A program made the position numbers and the translations under genes. The notes beneath the pieces are model-generated. The model worked only from the letters and a program-made list of their open reading frames with translations, was not told the origin of the DNA and did not search any database. A stretch of 64,000 bases of DNA from an uncultured Actinomycetes bacterium (GTDB lineage: Bacteria > Actinomycetota > Thermoleophilia > Gaiellales > JAICJC01), in contig CAVXEE010000003.1 of the NCBI GenBank assembly GCA_963760755.1, positions 525,634 through 589,633 of the forward strand, read 5' to 3'. Shown piece by piece: positions 33,509 through 43,293 of the stretch; the first letter of the stretch is position 1, and every line of letters begins with the position of its first letter.

Positions 33509-34363
33509 GTGCTCGTCGTCACCGGATCGACCGGTCACGTCGGCCGCCTCGTGGCCGAGGAGGTGGCCGTGCGCGGCCATCCCCAGCGGCTGCTGGTGCG
33601 CGACCCCGGCCGGGCGCCGCAGCTGCCCGGAGCCGAAGTCGTCGCCGCCGACTACGCCGACCCGGCGTCGCTGCGGGCCGCGCTCGGCGAGGGCGATCGC
33701 GTCTTCATGGTCTCGCTGCACGAGGGCCCGGCAGACCGCGTGCCCCAGCACCGCAACTTCGTCGAGGCGGCCGCCGCCGCCGGGGTGGCCCAGGTCGTCT
33801 ACCTGTCGTTCGTCGCCGCCGGCCCTGACGCGATCTTCCTGCACGCGCGCTCGCACGGCGAGACCGAGCGCATGCTGGCCGACGCGGGCCTGCAGTTCAC
33901 CGCGATCCGAAACTCGATGTACGCAGACGACATCCCCGGCTGGTTCGACACCGAGGGCACAAACACGGTCCCGGGCGGGGACGGCCGCATGAGCTTCTCC
34001 TACCGGCCCGAGCTCGCCCGCGCGATCGCGGTCACCCTCACCGAGCCCGGCCACGGCGGGAAGGTCTACAACATCGTCACGCCGCAGTCGGTGAGCATGA
34101 CCGAGCTGGCCGAGATCGCCTGGGCCGTGAGCGGCGCCAACTACCGCTACGCGCCGACCAGCGACGCGGCGTGGGAGGTGCGCTGGCGGGCGCGCGGCAA
34201 GGAGGAGTGGGCGATCGAGGCCGGGCTGTCCTCGTATGCCGCCCTGCGCGCCGGCGAGTTCGACGTGACGAGCGACGACTACCGCACCCTGACGGGCGAG
34301 GATCCGCTGTCGGTCTCGGACATCGCCGCCCTCCTGGCCGACCGCCTGCCGCTGCACGCATGA
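33509..34363 (+). CDS. NmrA-like / atypical SDR NAD(P)-binding protein
   Basis: 284 aa with a GTG start. VVTGSTGHVGRLVAEEV is the Rossmann motif. Confidence 0.8.
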   Translation: MLVVTGSTGHVGRLVAEEVAVRGHPQRLLVRDPGRAPQLPGAEVVAADYADPASLRAALGEGDRVFMVSLHEGPADRVPQHRNFVEAAAAAGVAQVVYLSFVAAGPDAIFLHARSHGETERMLADAGLQFTAIRNSMYADDIPGWFDTEGTNTVPGGDGRMSFSYRPELARAIAVTLTEPGHGGKVYNIVTPQSVSMTELAEIAWAVSGANYRYAPTSDAAWEVRWRARGKEEWAIEAGLSSYAALRAGEFDVTSDDYRTLTGEDPLSVSDIAALLADRLPLHA

Positions 34364-35604
34364 GCCTCGCCGAGGCGCTCGGCGTGCGCAGCTACCGCGA
34401 CCTGTTCGCCGGCGGCGAGGCCCGGCGGGTGGTGTCGTGGGGGCTCCTGGCGCGGATGCCGATGGGCATGAGCTCGCTCGCGTTCGTGCTGCTCGTGCGC
34501 AGCGAGGGCGGCTCCTACACCGCCGCCGGCATCGTGACCGGCGCGTACACCGTGGCGGCAGGCGCAGGCGCGGTGGTCGGCGGGCGCCTGGTCGACCGCC
34601 GCCGGCCCGCGCCCGTGCTGATGGTCTACGGCATCGCCTACGCGGTCGCGCTGGCCGGCCTGCTCGCGCTCGCCCACGCGCGCGTGCCCGAGGCGGCGCT
34701 CGTCGGCGCGGCGCTCGTGGCGGGCGTGCTCGCGCCGCCGATCGGGCCGACGATCCGGATGATGTGGCCGGCGATGCTGCCGCGGCCCGACCTGCGCACG
34801 ACGGCGTTCGCGCTCGAGGCGACGATCCAGGAGGTGATCTTCGTGGTCGGGCCGTTGCTCGTGGCGGTGCTGGCGGCGACAGTCTCGGCGAGCGCGGGCG
34901 TCATCGCCGCGGCGCTCGCCTGCCTGGTCGGCACGCTCGGATTCATCGCCACGCCGGCCGTGCGGGCGCGACGGCCCGACCCGGGCCACGACCGCTCCGG
35001 CCACCACGTGTTCGAGGCGCTCATCCCCTGGGGCGTGCGCCGCATCCTCCTGCTCGGCGGCGCGTACGGGATCGCGTTCGGCGCCGCCGAGGTGTCGATG
35101 CCGGCGTTCGCCGAGGGCCACGGCGGCCGCTCGCTGGGCGGGATCGCCCTGGCGGCGTTCTCGGGCGGCAGCCTGACCGGCGGCATCCTGGCCGGGGCGG
35201 CGTCGTCGCAGGAGGGCGGCCTCAACCGCCGCCTGCAGCTCGTGAGCGCGGCGTTCGCGGTCGTGCTCGTGCCCCCGCTCCTGGCCGGGTCGATGGCGCA
35301 GATGGCGGTGGTCATGTTCGTCGCCGGCCTGCCGATCGCGCCCAGCGTCGCCATCGCCTACAACCTGATCGAACGGGCCGCGGTGGCAGGCACGCAGGCC
35401 GAGGTGTTCGGGTGGCTCTCGACGGCCGTGACGGCCGGCATCGCGGTCGGCACGGCCGGCGGCGGCAGCCTGATCGCGCACGGGAGCGTGCACCGCGCGC
35501 TCGCGCTTGCGATCGTCGGTGCGACGCTCGGCTGGGCGATCTCGCTCACCCGCGAGAGCGGGGACAGTCCCCGCCGTAGCGGGGACTGTCCCCGGGTCGC
35601 CTAG
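34360..35604 (+). CDS. MFS transporter
   Basis: ATG 34360 (ATGA overlap with the previous stop) lies within track ORF 34171..35604, with about 12 TM segments. The last 15 codons (ESGDSPRRSGDCPRVA) are supplied by repeat element B. Confidence 0.8.
   Translation: MSLAEALGVRSYRDLFAGGEARRVVSWGLLARMPMGMSSLAFVLLVRSEGGSYTAAGIVTGAYTVAAGAGAVVGGRLVDRRRPAPVLMVYGIAYAVALAGLLALAHARVPEAALVGAALVAGVLAPPIGPTIRMMWPAMLPRPDLRTTAFALEATIQEVIFVVGPLLVAVLAATVSASAGVIAAALACLVGTLGFIATPAVRARRPDPGHDRSGHHVFEALIPWGVRRILLLGGAYGIAFGAAEVSMPAFAEGHGGRSLGGIALAAFSGGSLTGGILAGAASSQEGGLNRRLQLVSAAFAVVLVPPLLAGSMAQMAVVMFVAGLPIAPSVAIAYNLIERAAVAGTQAEVFGWLSTAVTAGIAVGTAGGGSLIAHGSVHRALALAIVGATLGWAISLTRESGDSPRRSGDCPRVA
35559..35594. repeat. 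paired-palindrome element B: cGGGGACAGTCCCCgc-cgta-gcGGGGACTGTCCCCg
   Basis: 16-bp inverted arms with a 4-nt loop. It lies inside the last codons of the MFS gene and 7 nt from the stop of the convergent phosphoesterase gene. Confidence 0.8.
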
Positions 35605-36431
35605 TTGATCGGGAGCGGCGTCGCCGTCTGGGCGGCGTTTACGAGCGGGAGCCCGAAGTCGTCCTCGAGCCCGGCCAGAAGGCCGAAGTGCGTGTAGGCG
35701 GTGCCGTCCTTCACGCCCGCCTTGGCGCTGCCGCCGATCGCGATCGTCGCGATGTGCTCGTTGCTCCGCGTGCCCTCGTCCCAGGTCACGATCACCTCGG
35801 CCCCACCCGCCAGCATGGCGGGGACGTTGCCCTTGAGCCAGGCGTCGCCGGCCTTGATCTGCGCCGTCTTGCTCGACCCGTCGTGCATGTCGTCCGCGTC
35901 GTTCGGGACGACGTAGGAGAAGGCGCGCAGGTGCGCCGGATCGAACGCCGCGTAGGGCAGCATGTTGGCGCAGGCGGCCTTGTTCGAGGTGATGTCCTGG
36001 TACCAGACAGCCGCGTTGTGGTTCTTGTCGTAGGGCGCCGGCCCGGACTTCGAGTAGCAGGCGCTCGGCATCGCCTCGTTGTACTGCCCCCAGCTGATGT
36101 CGGCCTTCTGGAGCTGGTCGAAGATATTCTCGGAGTTCTTCGCCTGCGAGGTCGTTGCGATCCCGCCGGTCATGCGCAGGTAGTCGGGCAGGCTGCCAGG
36201 CGCGGCCTGGTAGTTCGTGTAGAGCGTGCCGGCCGCGATCAGCGACTGGATGTAGGGCGCGTTCGCGTTGCCGACGATCGTGTCGTACGTCTTGTTCTCG
36301 AGCACGATCACCACGATCGGATGCGACGGCGCCGCCTGGGCGACCGCCGTCCCGATGCCCGCCGGAGCCGCCACCACGCACATGAGCCCCGCGGCGGCCG
36401 CCGCCGCCCGTCTCCGCATGCCACCACTCAT
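35601..36431 (-). CDS. secreted phosphoesterase-family protein (AcpA / phospholipase C-like)
   Basis: 276 aa. Signal MRRRAAAAAAGLMCVVAAPAGIGTAVAQA, then HPIVVIVLENKTYD, PNDADDMHDG and VTWDEG. Confidence 0.75.
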   Translation of the reverse strand: MSGGMRRRAAAAAAGLMCVVAAPAGIGTAVAQAAPSHPIVVIVLENKTYDTIVGNANAPYIQSLIAAGTLYTNYQAAPGSLPDYLRMTGGIATTSQAKNSENIFDQLQKADISWGQYNEAMPSACYSKSGPAPYDKNHNAAVWYQDITSNKAACANMLPYAAFDPAHLRAFSYVVPNDADDMHDGSSKTAQIKAGDAWLKGNVPAMLAGGAEVIVTWDEGTRSNEHIATIAIGGSAKAGVKDGTAYTHFGLLAGLEDDFGLPLVNAAQTATPLPIN

Positions 36432-36525
36432 CGCACGACCTCCCCGGTCACCCGCCGAATGTCCCCCCGGTCCACGGTACTCGCTGCAAGCGAAGTTGCA
36501 ACCACACCACCCCGGCTGGGTGGGG

Positions 36526-37476
36526 TCACTCCCGGCCCAGGTCGGCCCCGATCCGCTCCATCACCGCGGCGGCCGGCTCGATCGACGTGATCGCCCCCGC
36601 GCCCGTGCCGGCGTAGAGGCACATCGCCTCGATGTCGCCGGTCGTCTCGCGCCTGGGGTCGTCGGCCGAGTAGCGCGGGATCGGGACGCCCGCGTGCTCG
36701 CCGAGGATCTCGCCCTCTCCCGGGCGCTCGCCCGGCGGTTTGCGGCCGAGCCGCGCCCAGCGCTCGTAGGTGCTGTTCACGAGCACCCGGTGCGGCGCGT
36801 CCGGCCAGCCTCCGTCGAAGAGGAGCGTATGCACGGTGTCGGAGCCGGCCACGACCCGCGCGGCGTACTGCGGATGCACGTCCGCCTCGTCGGTGGCGAC
36901 GAACCGCGTGCCCATCATCGCCCCGGCCGCGCCGGCCGCGATGGCCGTCTGGACGCCGGCGGCGTCGACCAGCCCGCCGGCGGCGATCACGGGGAAGCCG
37001 ACGGCCGCGGTCACCTGGCCGATCAGCGCCGCGCGCGCGGTCGTGCCCTGCACGTGCCCGCCCGCCTCGACGCCCTGGGCGATGACGACGTCGCATCCGG
37101 CCTGTGCACCCGCCACCGCCTCGGCGACCGAGCCGGCCTGGACGAGCACGCGGCAGCCCGCAGCATGCGCGCGCGCCACGAGCTCCGGCGCGACGCCCCA
37201 CGAGAACGACACGAGCGCGACGCGCTCCTGGGCGCACACCTCGAGCCGCTCCGCCTGCTCGAACGCGAGCACGAGGTTGACGGCGAACGGCCGGTCGGTC
37301 AGCCGCCGCACCGCGCCGATCTGCTCACGCAGCCCGGCGGGATCCGTCCACGACGCGCCTAGGCAGCCGATGCCGCCCGCGCCGCTGACGGCGGCCACGA
37401 GCTCCGGGGTCGCGGCGGGTCCGATCGGTGCCTGCATGACCGGCACCGTCCAGGGGAGCTGCGCGGCGGTCGGCAT
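36526..37476 (-). CDS. nitronate monooxygenase (NMO / 2-nitropropane dioxygenase family, FMN)
   Basis: The last 316 codons of track ORF 36526..39111 are coding. ATG 37476 opens MPTAAQLPWTVPVMQAPIG. Also VIAQGVEAGGH and GTRF. Confidence 0.8.
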   Translation of the reverse strand: MPTAAQLPWTVPVMQAPIGPAATPELVAAVSGAGGIGCLGASWTDPAGLREQIGAVRRLTDRPFAVNLVLAFEQAERLEVCAQERVALVSFSWGVAPELVARAHAAGCRVLVQAGSVAEAVAGAQAGCDVVIAQGVEAGGHVQGTTARAALIGQVTAAVGFPVIAAGGLVDAAGVQTAIAAGAAGAMMGTRFVATDEADVHPQYAARVVAGSDTVHTLLFDGGWPDAPHRVLVNSTYERWARLGRKPPGERPGEGEILGEHAGVPIPRYSADDPRRETTGDIEAMCLYAGTGAGAITSIEPAAAVMERIGADLGRE

Positions 37477-37515
37477 CGCTGCGATCGTAGCGGCGCCCAC
37501 CCGGCCTGGCAGGAT

Positions 37516-39024
37516 GTGCGCGTGAACCGGCGTGAGCTCCTCCTGCGCGCGGCCGCCGTGCCGATGGCGGGCGGCCTCGCCGCGTGCTCCTCGGGCGGGT
37601 CGTCGTCGAGCCCCGCGAAGGTCGCGCCGCCCACCACGGGGCAGATGACGCTCGCCGATCTCGCGGCGCGGCTGCAGGGCCCGCTGCTGCGGCCGGGGAC
37701 GTCGCACTACGACACGGCGCGCGTGATCTCGAACGAGCGCTACACGGCCCGGCCGCAGGCGATCGCGCGCGTCGTCTCCGAGGCGGACGTCGTCCAGTGT
37801 GTGCGCTTCGCGGCCGGCGGGACGCTGCCCTTTGCGGCCCGCTGCGGCGGGCACAGCTACGCGGGCTACTCCACGAACCGGGGCCTCGTGTGCGACGTGC
37901 GCCGGCTGAACGCGATCGCCGTCGCCGCCGACGGGCGGTCGGTCACGGTGGGCGCGGGCGTGCTCGCGATCGATCTCGTCACCGCCCTCGCGGCCAGGGG
38001 CCTGGCGGTGCCGACCGGGTCGTGCCCAACGGTCGGCATCTCGGGCCTCGCCCTCGGCGGCGGCGTCGGGTTCGCCGCCCGCGTCCTCGGGGCGACGTGC
38101 GACAACATCCTCGCCGTGCGGATCGTCACGGCCGCCGGCCGCGTCGTCACCGCCGATCCGGCGACGAACTCCGACCTCTACTGGGCCTGCCGCGGGGGCG
38201 GCGGCGGCAACTTCGGCGTCGTCACCGCGCTCACGCTCGCCACCCACCCCGTCAGCACGGCCGCCTACGGCTTCTGCGACTTCCCCTGGTCGCAGGCCGG
38301 CGCCGCGCTGGCCGCGTGGCAGGCGCTCGCCCCGCACGGGCCTGACGACCTGTACCTGATCTGCGCCCTCGAGACGGGGACGAGCGCGCCGGTCGTGCGC
38401 GTCTTCGGGCAGCTGCTCGGAGGCAGCGAGGCGGCGCTGCGCACGGCGATGGCGCCCATCACCGCGGTCGCGGGCGCGTCGCTTCGGACCGGCCACGGCG
38501 GCTACCTCGACGTGCAGCGGATCTGGGCCGGATGCGCGACCGAGACCGCCGCCCAGTGCCGCACGATCCAGCCGGCCAGCTTCGCCGCCCGGTCGGCCTA
38601 CGTCGCCGACCCGCTGCCGGCGCGGGCCGCACAGGCGATCGTGACAGCGGTCGAGGCCCGCCAGGCGCAGGGCGCAGGATCGGGCGCCGTGCTGCTCGAC
38701 CCCTACGGCGGCGCGCTCAACCGCGTCGCCCCCGACGCGACCGCGTTCGTCCACCGCGACCAGCTCTTCTCTGCGCAGATGCTCGCCTACTGGGGCTCGG
38801 CCGGCGGCGGCTCGCCGGCCGGCGCGTGGCTCAACTCGCTGCACGCGTCGCTCGCGCCGTTCACCTCGGGCCAGGCCTACCAGAACTACATCGACCCCGG
38901 CCTGGCCGGCTGGCAGGAGGCCTACTACGCAACCAACCTGGCGCGGCTGCGCGCGGTCAAGCGCACGTGGGATCCCGACCAGGTGTTCCGGTTCCGCCAG
39001 GGCATCCGCCCCGCCGCCGCCTGA
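37516..39024 (+). CDS. Tat-exported FAD-binding oxidase, berberine-bridge-enzyme-like
   Basis: 502 aa. Tat signal VNRRELLLRAAAVPMAGGLAAC, ARCGGHSYAGYS (covalent FAD His) and C-terminal BBE motif YQNYID ... VFRFRQGI. Confidence 0.8.
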   Translation: MRVNRRELLLRAAAVPMAGGLAACSSGGSSSSPAKVAPPTTGQMTLADLAARLQGPLLRPGTSHYDTARVISNERYTARPQAIARVVSEADVVQCVRFAAGGTLPFAARCGGHSYAGYSTNRGLVCDVRRLNAIAVAADGRSVTVGAGVLAIDLVTALAARGLAVPTGSCPTVGISGLALGGGVGFAARVLGATCDNILAVRIVTAAGRVVTADPATNSDLYWACRGGGGGNFGVVTALTLATHPVSTAAYGFCDFPWSQAGAALAAWQALAPHGPDDLYLICALETGTSAPVVRVFGQLLGGSEAALRTAMAPITAVAGASLRTGHGGYLDVQRIWAGCATETAAQCRTIQPASFAARSAYVADPLPARAAQAIVTAVEARQAQGAGSGAVLLDPYGGALNRVAPDATAFVHRDQLFSAQMLAYWGSAGGGSPAGAWLNSLHASLAPFTSGQAYQNYIDPGLAGWQEAYYATNLARLRAVKRTWDPDQVFRFRQGIRPAAA

Positions 39025-39050
39025 GCCCGGGGCGGCGATACCCTGGCGGC

Positions 39051-39557
39051 ATGCACGAGACCGCCGCCGACCTGGCCGCGCTGCAGCGCCTGCTCGACCA
39101 GAGCTATGCACACGCCGGCCGCCACCTGCGCGACGTCATCTCGCCCGAGCGGCGGGTCACCGCGGCGCAGCTGGCCGCCCGGCTGACCGGGATGCGGCTG
39201 CTGGTGCTCGCGACCGTGACGGCGGACGGGCGGCCGATCGCCGGGCCGGTCGACGGCATCTTCTACCGCGGCGCGTTCTGGTTCGGGTCGGCGCCCGACT
39301 CGCTGCGCTTCCGCCATATCCGCGCCCGCCCCGACGTGAGCGCGACGCACCTCGAGGGCGAGCCGTTCGCCGTCACCGTCCACGGCCGCGCGCACGAGGT
39401 CGACCTGCGCGACCCGGACGTCGCCGCGTTCCGCGCGACGCTCGCGGAGGTGTACGCGCCGCGGTACGGCGCCGCCTGGATCGAGTGGGCCGAGCGCAAC
39501 CCCTACGCCCGCATCGACGCGCGGCGGATGTTCACGTTCAGCTTCGACGAGCCCTGA
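39051..39557 (+). CDS. pyridoxamine 5'-phosphate oxidase-like split-barrel flavin/deazaflavin-binding protein
   Basis: ATG 39051 lies within track ORF 38532..39557. 168 aa, [19 protein letters not shown]. Confidence 0.6.
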   Translation: MHETAADLAALQRLLDQSYAHAGRHLRDVISPERRVTAAQLAARLTGMRLLVLATVTADGRPIAGPVDGIFYRGAFWFGSAPDSLRFRHIRARPDVSATHLEGEPFAVTVHGRAHEVDLRDPDVAAFRATLAEVYAPRYGAAWIEWAERNPYARIDARRMFTFSFDEP

Positions 39558-39576
39558 GCACCTATCCTCCCGGTCG

Positions 39577-40608
39577 ATGCGCGCGCTGCGTAAGAGCCGG
39601 GCCGAGCCGGGTCTCTGGCTGGAGGACGTCCCCGAGCCCGAGCACGGCATCAACGACGTCCTGATCCGGGTGCGCCGCACCGGCATCTGCGGCACCGACG
39701 TGCACATCGAGCGGTGGGATCCGTGGGCGCAGCGGACGATCCCGGTGCCGCTGGTGATCGGCCACGAGTTCGTCGGCGAGGTGGTCGCCGTCGGCTCGAA
39801 CGTGAGCGACTTCCACCCCGGCGACCTCGTCAGCGGCGAGGGCCATGTCGTCTGCGGCCGCTGCCGCAACTGCATGGCCGGCCGCCGGCACCTGTGCGCG
39901 CACTCCCAGGGCGTCGGCGTGAGCCGCCCGGGGGCGTTCGCCGAGCTGATCGCCCTGCCGATGACGAACATCTGGCACCACTGGCCGGGCGTCGACGAGG
40001 ACGTCGCCGCGATCTTCGACCCGTTCGGAAACGCGGTGCACACCGCGCTCGCATTCCCGGTGCTGGGCGAGGACGTGCTCATCACCGGCGCCGGCCCGAT
40101 CGGCTGCATGGCGGCGGCGGTCGTGCGCCACGCCGGCGCGCGCCACGTCGTCGTCAGCGACCCCAACGCCTACCGGCGCGACCTGGCCGAGCGCATGGGC
40201 GCGAGCCTGACGGTCGACCCGGCCGCGCGCGGCCTCGATGACGTGCAGCGCGAGCTCGGCATGACCGAGGGCTTCGACGTCGGCCTCGAGATGTCGGGCA
40301 GCTCCGCGGCCCTGCACCAGCTGCTCGCGAACATGTCCCACGGCGGCCGCATCGCCCTGCTCGGGATCCCCACCGAGGAGATCGCGATCGACTGGACGCA
40401 GGTCGTCTTCAACATGCTCACGCTGCGCGGGATCTACGGGCGCGAGATGTACGAGACGTGGTACCAGATGACCGTGATGCTGCAGTCGGGCCTCGACATC
40501 ACGCCGGTCATCACCCACCGCATGCCCTATACCGACTTCGCCGAGGGGTTCGCGATCGCGGGCTCCGGCCAGTCCGGCAAGGTCGTCCTCGACTGGACAG
40601 GAGCCTGA
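39577..40608 (+). CDS. tdh: L-threonine 3-dehydrogenase
   Basis: 343 aa. [18 protein letters not shown], the structural zinc motif [15 protein letters not shown] and [12 protein letters not shown]. It is followed directly by kbl. Confidence 0.9.
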   Translation: MRALRKSRAEPGLWLEDVPEPEHGINDVLIRVRRTGICGTDVHIERWDPWAQRTIPVPLVIGHEFVGEVVAVGSNVSDFHPGDLVSGEGHVVCGRCRNCMAGRRHLCAHSQGVGVSRPGAFAELIALPMTNIWHHWPGVDEDVAAIFDPFGNAVHTALAFPVLGEDVLITGAGPIGCMAAAVVRHAGARHVVVSDPNAYRRDLAERMGASLTVDPAARGLDDVQRELGMTEGFDVGLEMSGSSAALHQLLANMSHGGRIALLGIPTEEIAIDWTQVVFNMLTLRGIYGREMYETWYQMTVMLQSGLDITPVITHRMPYTDFAEGFAIAGSGQSGKVVLDWTGA

Positions 40609-40610
40609 CG

Positions 40611-41792
40611 ATGGATGGAGCGCTTCGCGACGACCTGCGCAGCCGCCTGGAGGAGCTGCGCACGGCCGGCCTGTACAAGGGCGAGCACCTGATCCAGACG
40701 CCCCAGTCGGCCCACGTCCGGGTGGCCGACCAGGGCGAGGTGCTGAACCTCTGCGCGAACAACTACCTCGGACTGGCCGACCACCCCGAGATCGTGGCGG
40801 CCGCGCGCGAGGCGCTCGAGCGGTGGGGCTACGGCATGGCGTCGGTGCGCTTCATCTGCGGCACCCAGCAGGTGCACCGCGAGCTCGAGGAGCGGCTCGC
40901 GACGTTCCTGGGCAGCGAGAGCGCGATCCTGTACGGATCGTGCTTCGACGCCAACGGCGGCCTCTTCGAGGCGCTGCTCGGGCCCGAGGACGCCGTCATC
41001 TCCGACGCGCTCAACCACGCCTCGATCATCGACGGCATCCGCCTGTGCAAGGCCCGCCGCCTGCGCTTCGCAAACGGCGACATGGACGAGCTCGAGGCGC
41101 GCCTGCGCGAGGCGGCGGACGCCCGCCACCGGCTGATCGCGACCGACGGCGTTTTCTCGATGGACGGCTACCTGGCGAAGCTGCCCGAGATCTGCGACCT
41201 GGCCGAGCGCCACGACGCGATCGTGATGGTCGACGACTCGCACGCGGTCGGCTTCATGGGCGCGGGCGGCCGCGGCACGCACGAGCTGCACGACGTGATC
41301 GGCCGCGTGGACATCCTCACCGGCACGCTCGGAAAGGCGATGGGCGGGGCCAGCGGCGGCTACGTGGCGGCGCGCTCCGAGGTCGTCGAGCTGCTGCGCC
41401 AGCGCTCGCGGCCGTACCTCTTCTCGAACAGCCTGGCGCCGCCGATCGCGGCCGCGAGCCTGCGCGCGCTCGACCTGATCGAGCGCTCGAGCGAGCTGCG
41501 CGAGCAGCTGTCTGCGAACACCGCCCGCTTCCGCGCCCGCATGGCCGACCTGCGGTTCGACATCCTGCCGGGCTCGCACCCGATCGTGCCGGTGATGGTC
41601 GGCGACGCCGTCCGCGCCGCGAGCCTCGCCGACGGCCTGATCCGCCGCGGCGTCTACGCCGTCAGCTTCTCCTATCCCGTGGTGCCGCAGGGCACCGCCC
41701 GGATCCGCACGCAGATGTCGGCGGCGCACACGGCGGCCGACATCGACTTCGCGGCCGACCAGTTCGCGGCCGCGCGCGCCGAGCTCGCCTAG
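40611..41792 (+). CDS. kbl: glycine C-acetyltransferase (2-amino-3-ketobutyrate CoA ligase)
   Basis: ATG 40611 lies within track ORF 40458..41792. [27 protein letters not shown] and [14 protein letters not shown] (PLP lysine). Confidence 0.9.
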   Translation: MDGALRDDLRSRLEELRTAGLYKGEHLIQTPQSAHVRVADQGEVLNLCANNYLGLADHPEIVAAAREALERWGYGMASVRFICGTQQVHRELEERLATFLGSESAILYGSCFDANGGLFEALLGPEDAVISDALNHASIIDGIRLCKARRLRFANGDMDELEARLREAADARHRLIATDGVFSMDGYLAKLPEICDLAERHDAIVMVDDSHAVGFMGAGGRGTHELHDVIGRVDILTGTLGKAMGGASGGYVAARSEVVELLRQRSRPYLFSNSLAPPIAAASLRALDLIERSSELREQLSANTARFRARMADLRFDILPGSHPIVPVMVGDAVRAASLADGLIRRGVYAVSFSYPVVPQGTARIRTQMSAAHTAADIDFAADQFAAARAELA

Positions 41793-41801
41793 AGACGACG
41801 C

Positions 41802-41842
41802 GGGGCCTGGCCCCGGTTCGCGAGGAACCGGGGCCAGGCCCC
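41802..41842. terminator. bidirectional hairpin (17-bp perfect stem, 7-nt loop) after kbl
   Basis: GGGGCCTGGCCCCGGTT-cgcgagg-AACCGGGGCCAGGCCCC, between the kbl stop (41792) and the convergent beta-propeller remnant (41864). Confidence 0.75.
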
Positions 41843-41863
41843 AGTGCTACCTATGCCGAGCAG

Positions 41864-43130
41864 CTACTCGTGGAAGAGCGTGAAGTGCTGCTGGGTGACA
41901 CCGCCGGCCTTCGTGAGCTCGCCGCCGATGGCAACCACGCCCGTGCCGGCCGAGCCGCCCGTCGCGACGGCCTCGATGCCGAGCGTCGTGTTCACGGCCG
42001 GATTCCACGTGGAGAGCGTGGTGCCGAAGGTCTCGTCGACGGCCGTCAGCTTGTCGCGGGTTGCGACCGGGGTGAGGAAGTTGCTCCCCGGGATCGGCCC
42101 GTCATAGCCGGTGAAGTGGCCGCCCATGTAGAGGATGCCGTCCGCCACGCCAACGCCGACGACGTTGCCGTTGAAGCCCTCGATGTAGTTGAGCTGGCCC
42201 GTCTCGATGTTCCAGGACATGGCCGAACCGCCGTTGCCGGTGCCGGCGCCGAACAGGTTCTCGCCGTCCTGCGAGAAGGCGAGCAGCTGGAACGGCCGGA
42301 ACGTCTGCAGGTCACTGGTGTGCCAGGCCAAATGGGAGCGATGCTCCGGTGTTGGCATCGACCGCGCCGACGCCGAGGTTCGTCGTGTTCGGATCGCCGG
42401 GCGCGCCGCTGTTCAGCTGGTTGAAGAATCCGCCCAGGATCACCCGGGTGCTGGTCGGGTTGACGGCGATCGCGCGCACCTCGGGGCTCGTGCCCAGCGA
42501 GTTCGAGATCACGGGCGCGAACGCCGGGATCAGCGTGCCGGAGGTCGCATTGGCCTCGAGCGCGTAGTGCCGCGGGGTGGTGAACGCGCCGCCGACGTAC
42601 AGGTTGCCCGCCGACGAGACGGTCAGACCGCGCACCGCCTTGTTCGGCTTGAGCGAGTTGCCGAACGCTGCGACCGGCGCACCGCTCGTCCCGTCGACCT
42701 CGACCAGGTTCTTGTGAGCCGCGTTCGTGGCGCCCGCGGTGGTGAACGTGCCGCCGATGTAGATGTCCCCGTTGGGGTTCGCGGCCAGCGCGTACACGTT
42801 GCCGTTCACGTTCGGATCCCACGAGAGCAGCGCGCCGGTGGCGGTGTTCACCGCGGCGACGTGGTTGCGCGTGACGGCCGTGCCGCCGGCGTTCGGCACC
42901 ATCGCCGTGAACTGTCCGCCCAGGTACGTCACGTTGCCGACGATCAGGATCGTCCGCACCGTTCCGTTCGCCCCGTAGAGCGAGGAAGGCTTCTTCTGGA
43001 CGACGGCCGCGGATGCCGCAGACGCGAGCACACCCATCGTCACCAGCACAGCCACCGCCGTGCCACACCAGCCAAAGATCCTGCGCCTGCCTGCGAGCAG
43101 GGTCTCTGCTCCGCTACCCATCTGCCTCAT
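41864..43130 (-). pseudogene. secreted beta-propeller (delta-60/PQQ-like repeat) protein interrupted by a single frameshift at 42330-42332
   Basis: Track ORFs 42312..43130 and 41864..42358 are two halves of one repeat protein. Deleting one base of the run ccAAAtgg joins ...VDANTGASLP to LAWHTSDLQTF. Confidence 0.7.
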
Positions 43131-43293
43131 GTCCAGCCTCTCGTCGAAGGAACGCGCCGCTTACACATTATCGAATGTACCGCCTGCAACACGGCTGTCA
43201 ATCTCACCCAGCCCGCGGTCGCGCCAAAATGCGGACTCAACCGCCGCCCGGGAAGGCCGATGACCCTCCAATGCCCTCTCCCGCTCGTGCCGC

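Noticed and set aside
36526-39111. 861-aa minus ORF, and similar over-long ORFs at 13518..14978, 23574..25361, 8577..10880 and 5978..7732
   Set aside because: In each case only the 3' portion is coding, and in some none of it is. The remainder is antisense to, or out of frame with, well-supported genes.
43160-43185. Short dyad ACATT-atcg-AATGT in the 43131-43293 divergent region as an operator
   Set aside because: It has only 5-bp arms, is not extended by flanking bases and is not repeated elsewhere in the window, so it is too weak to call.
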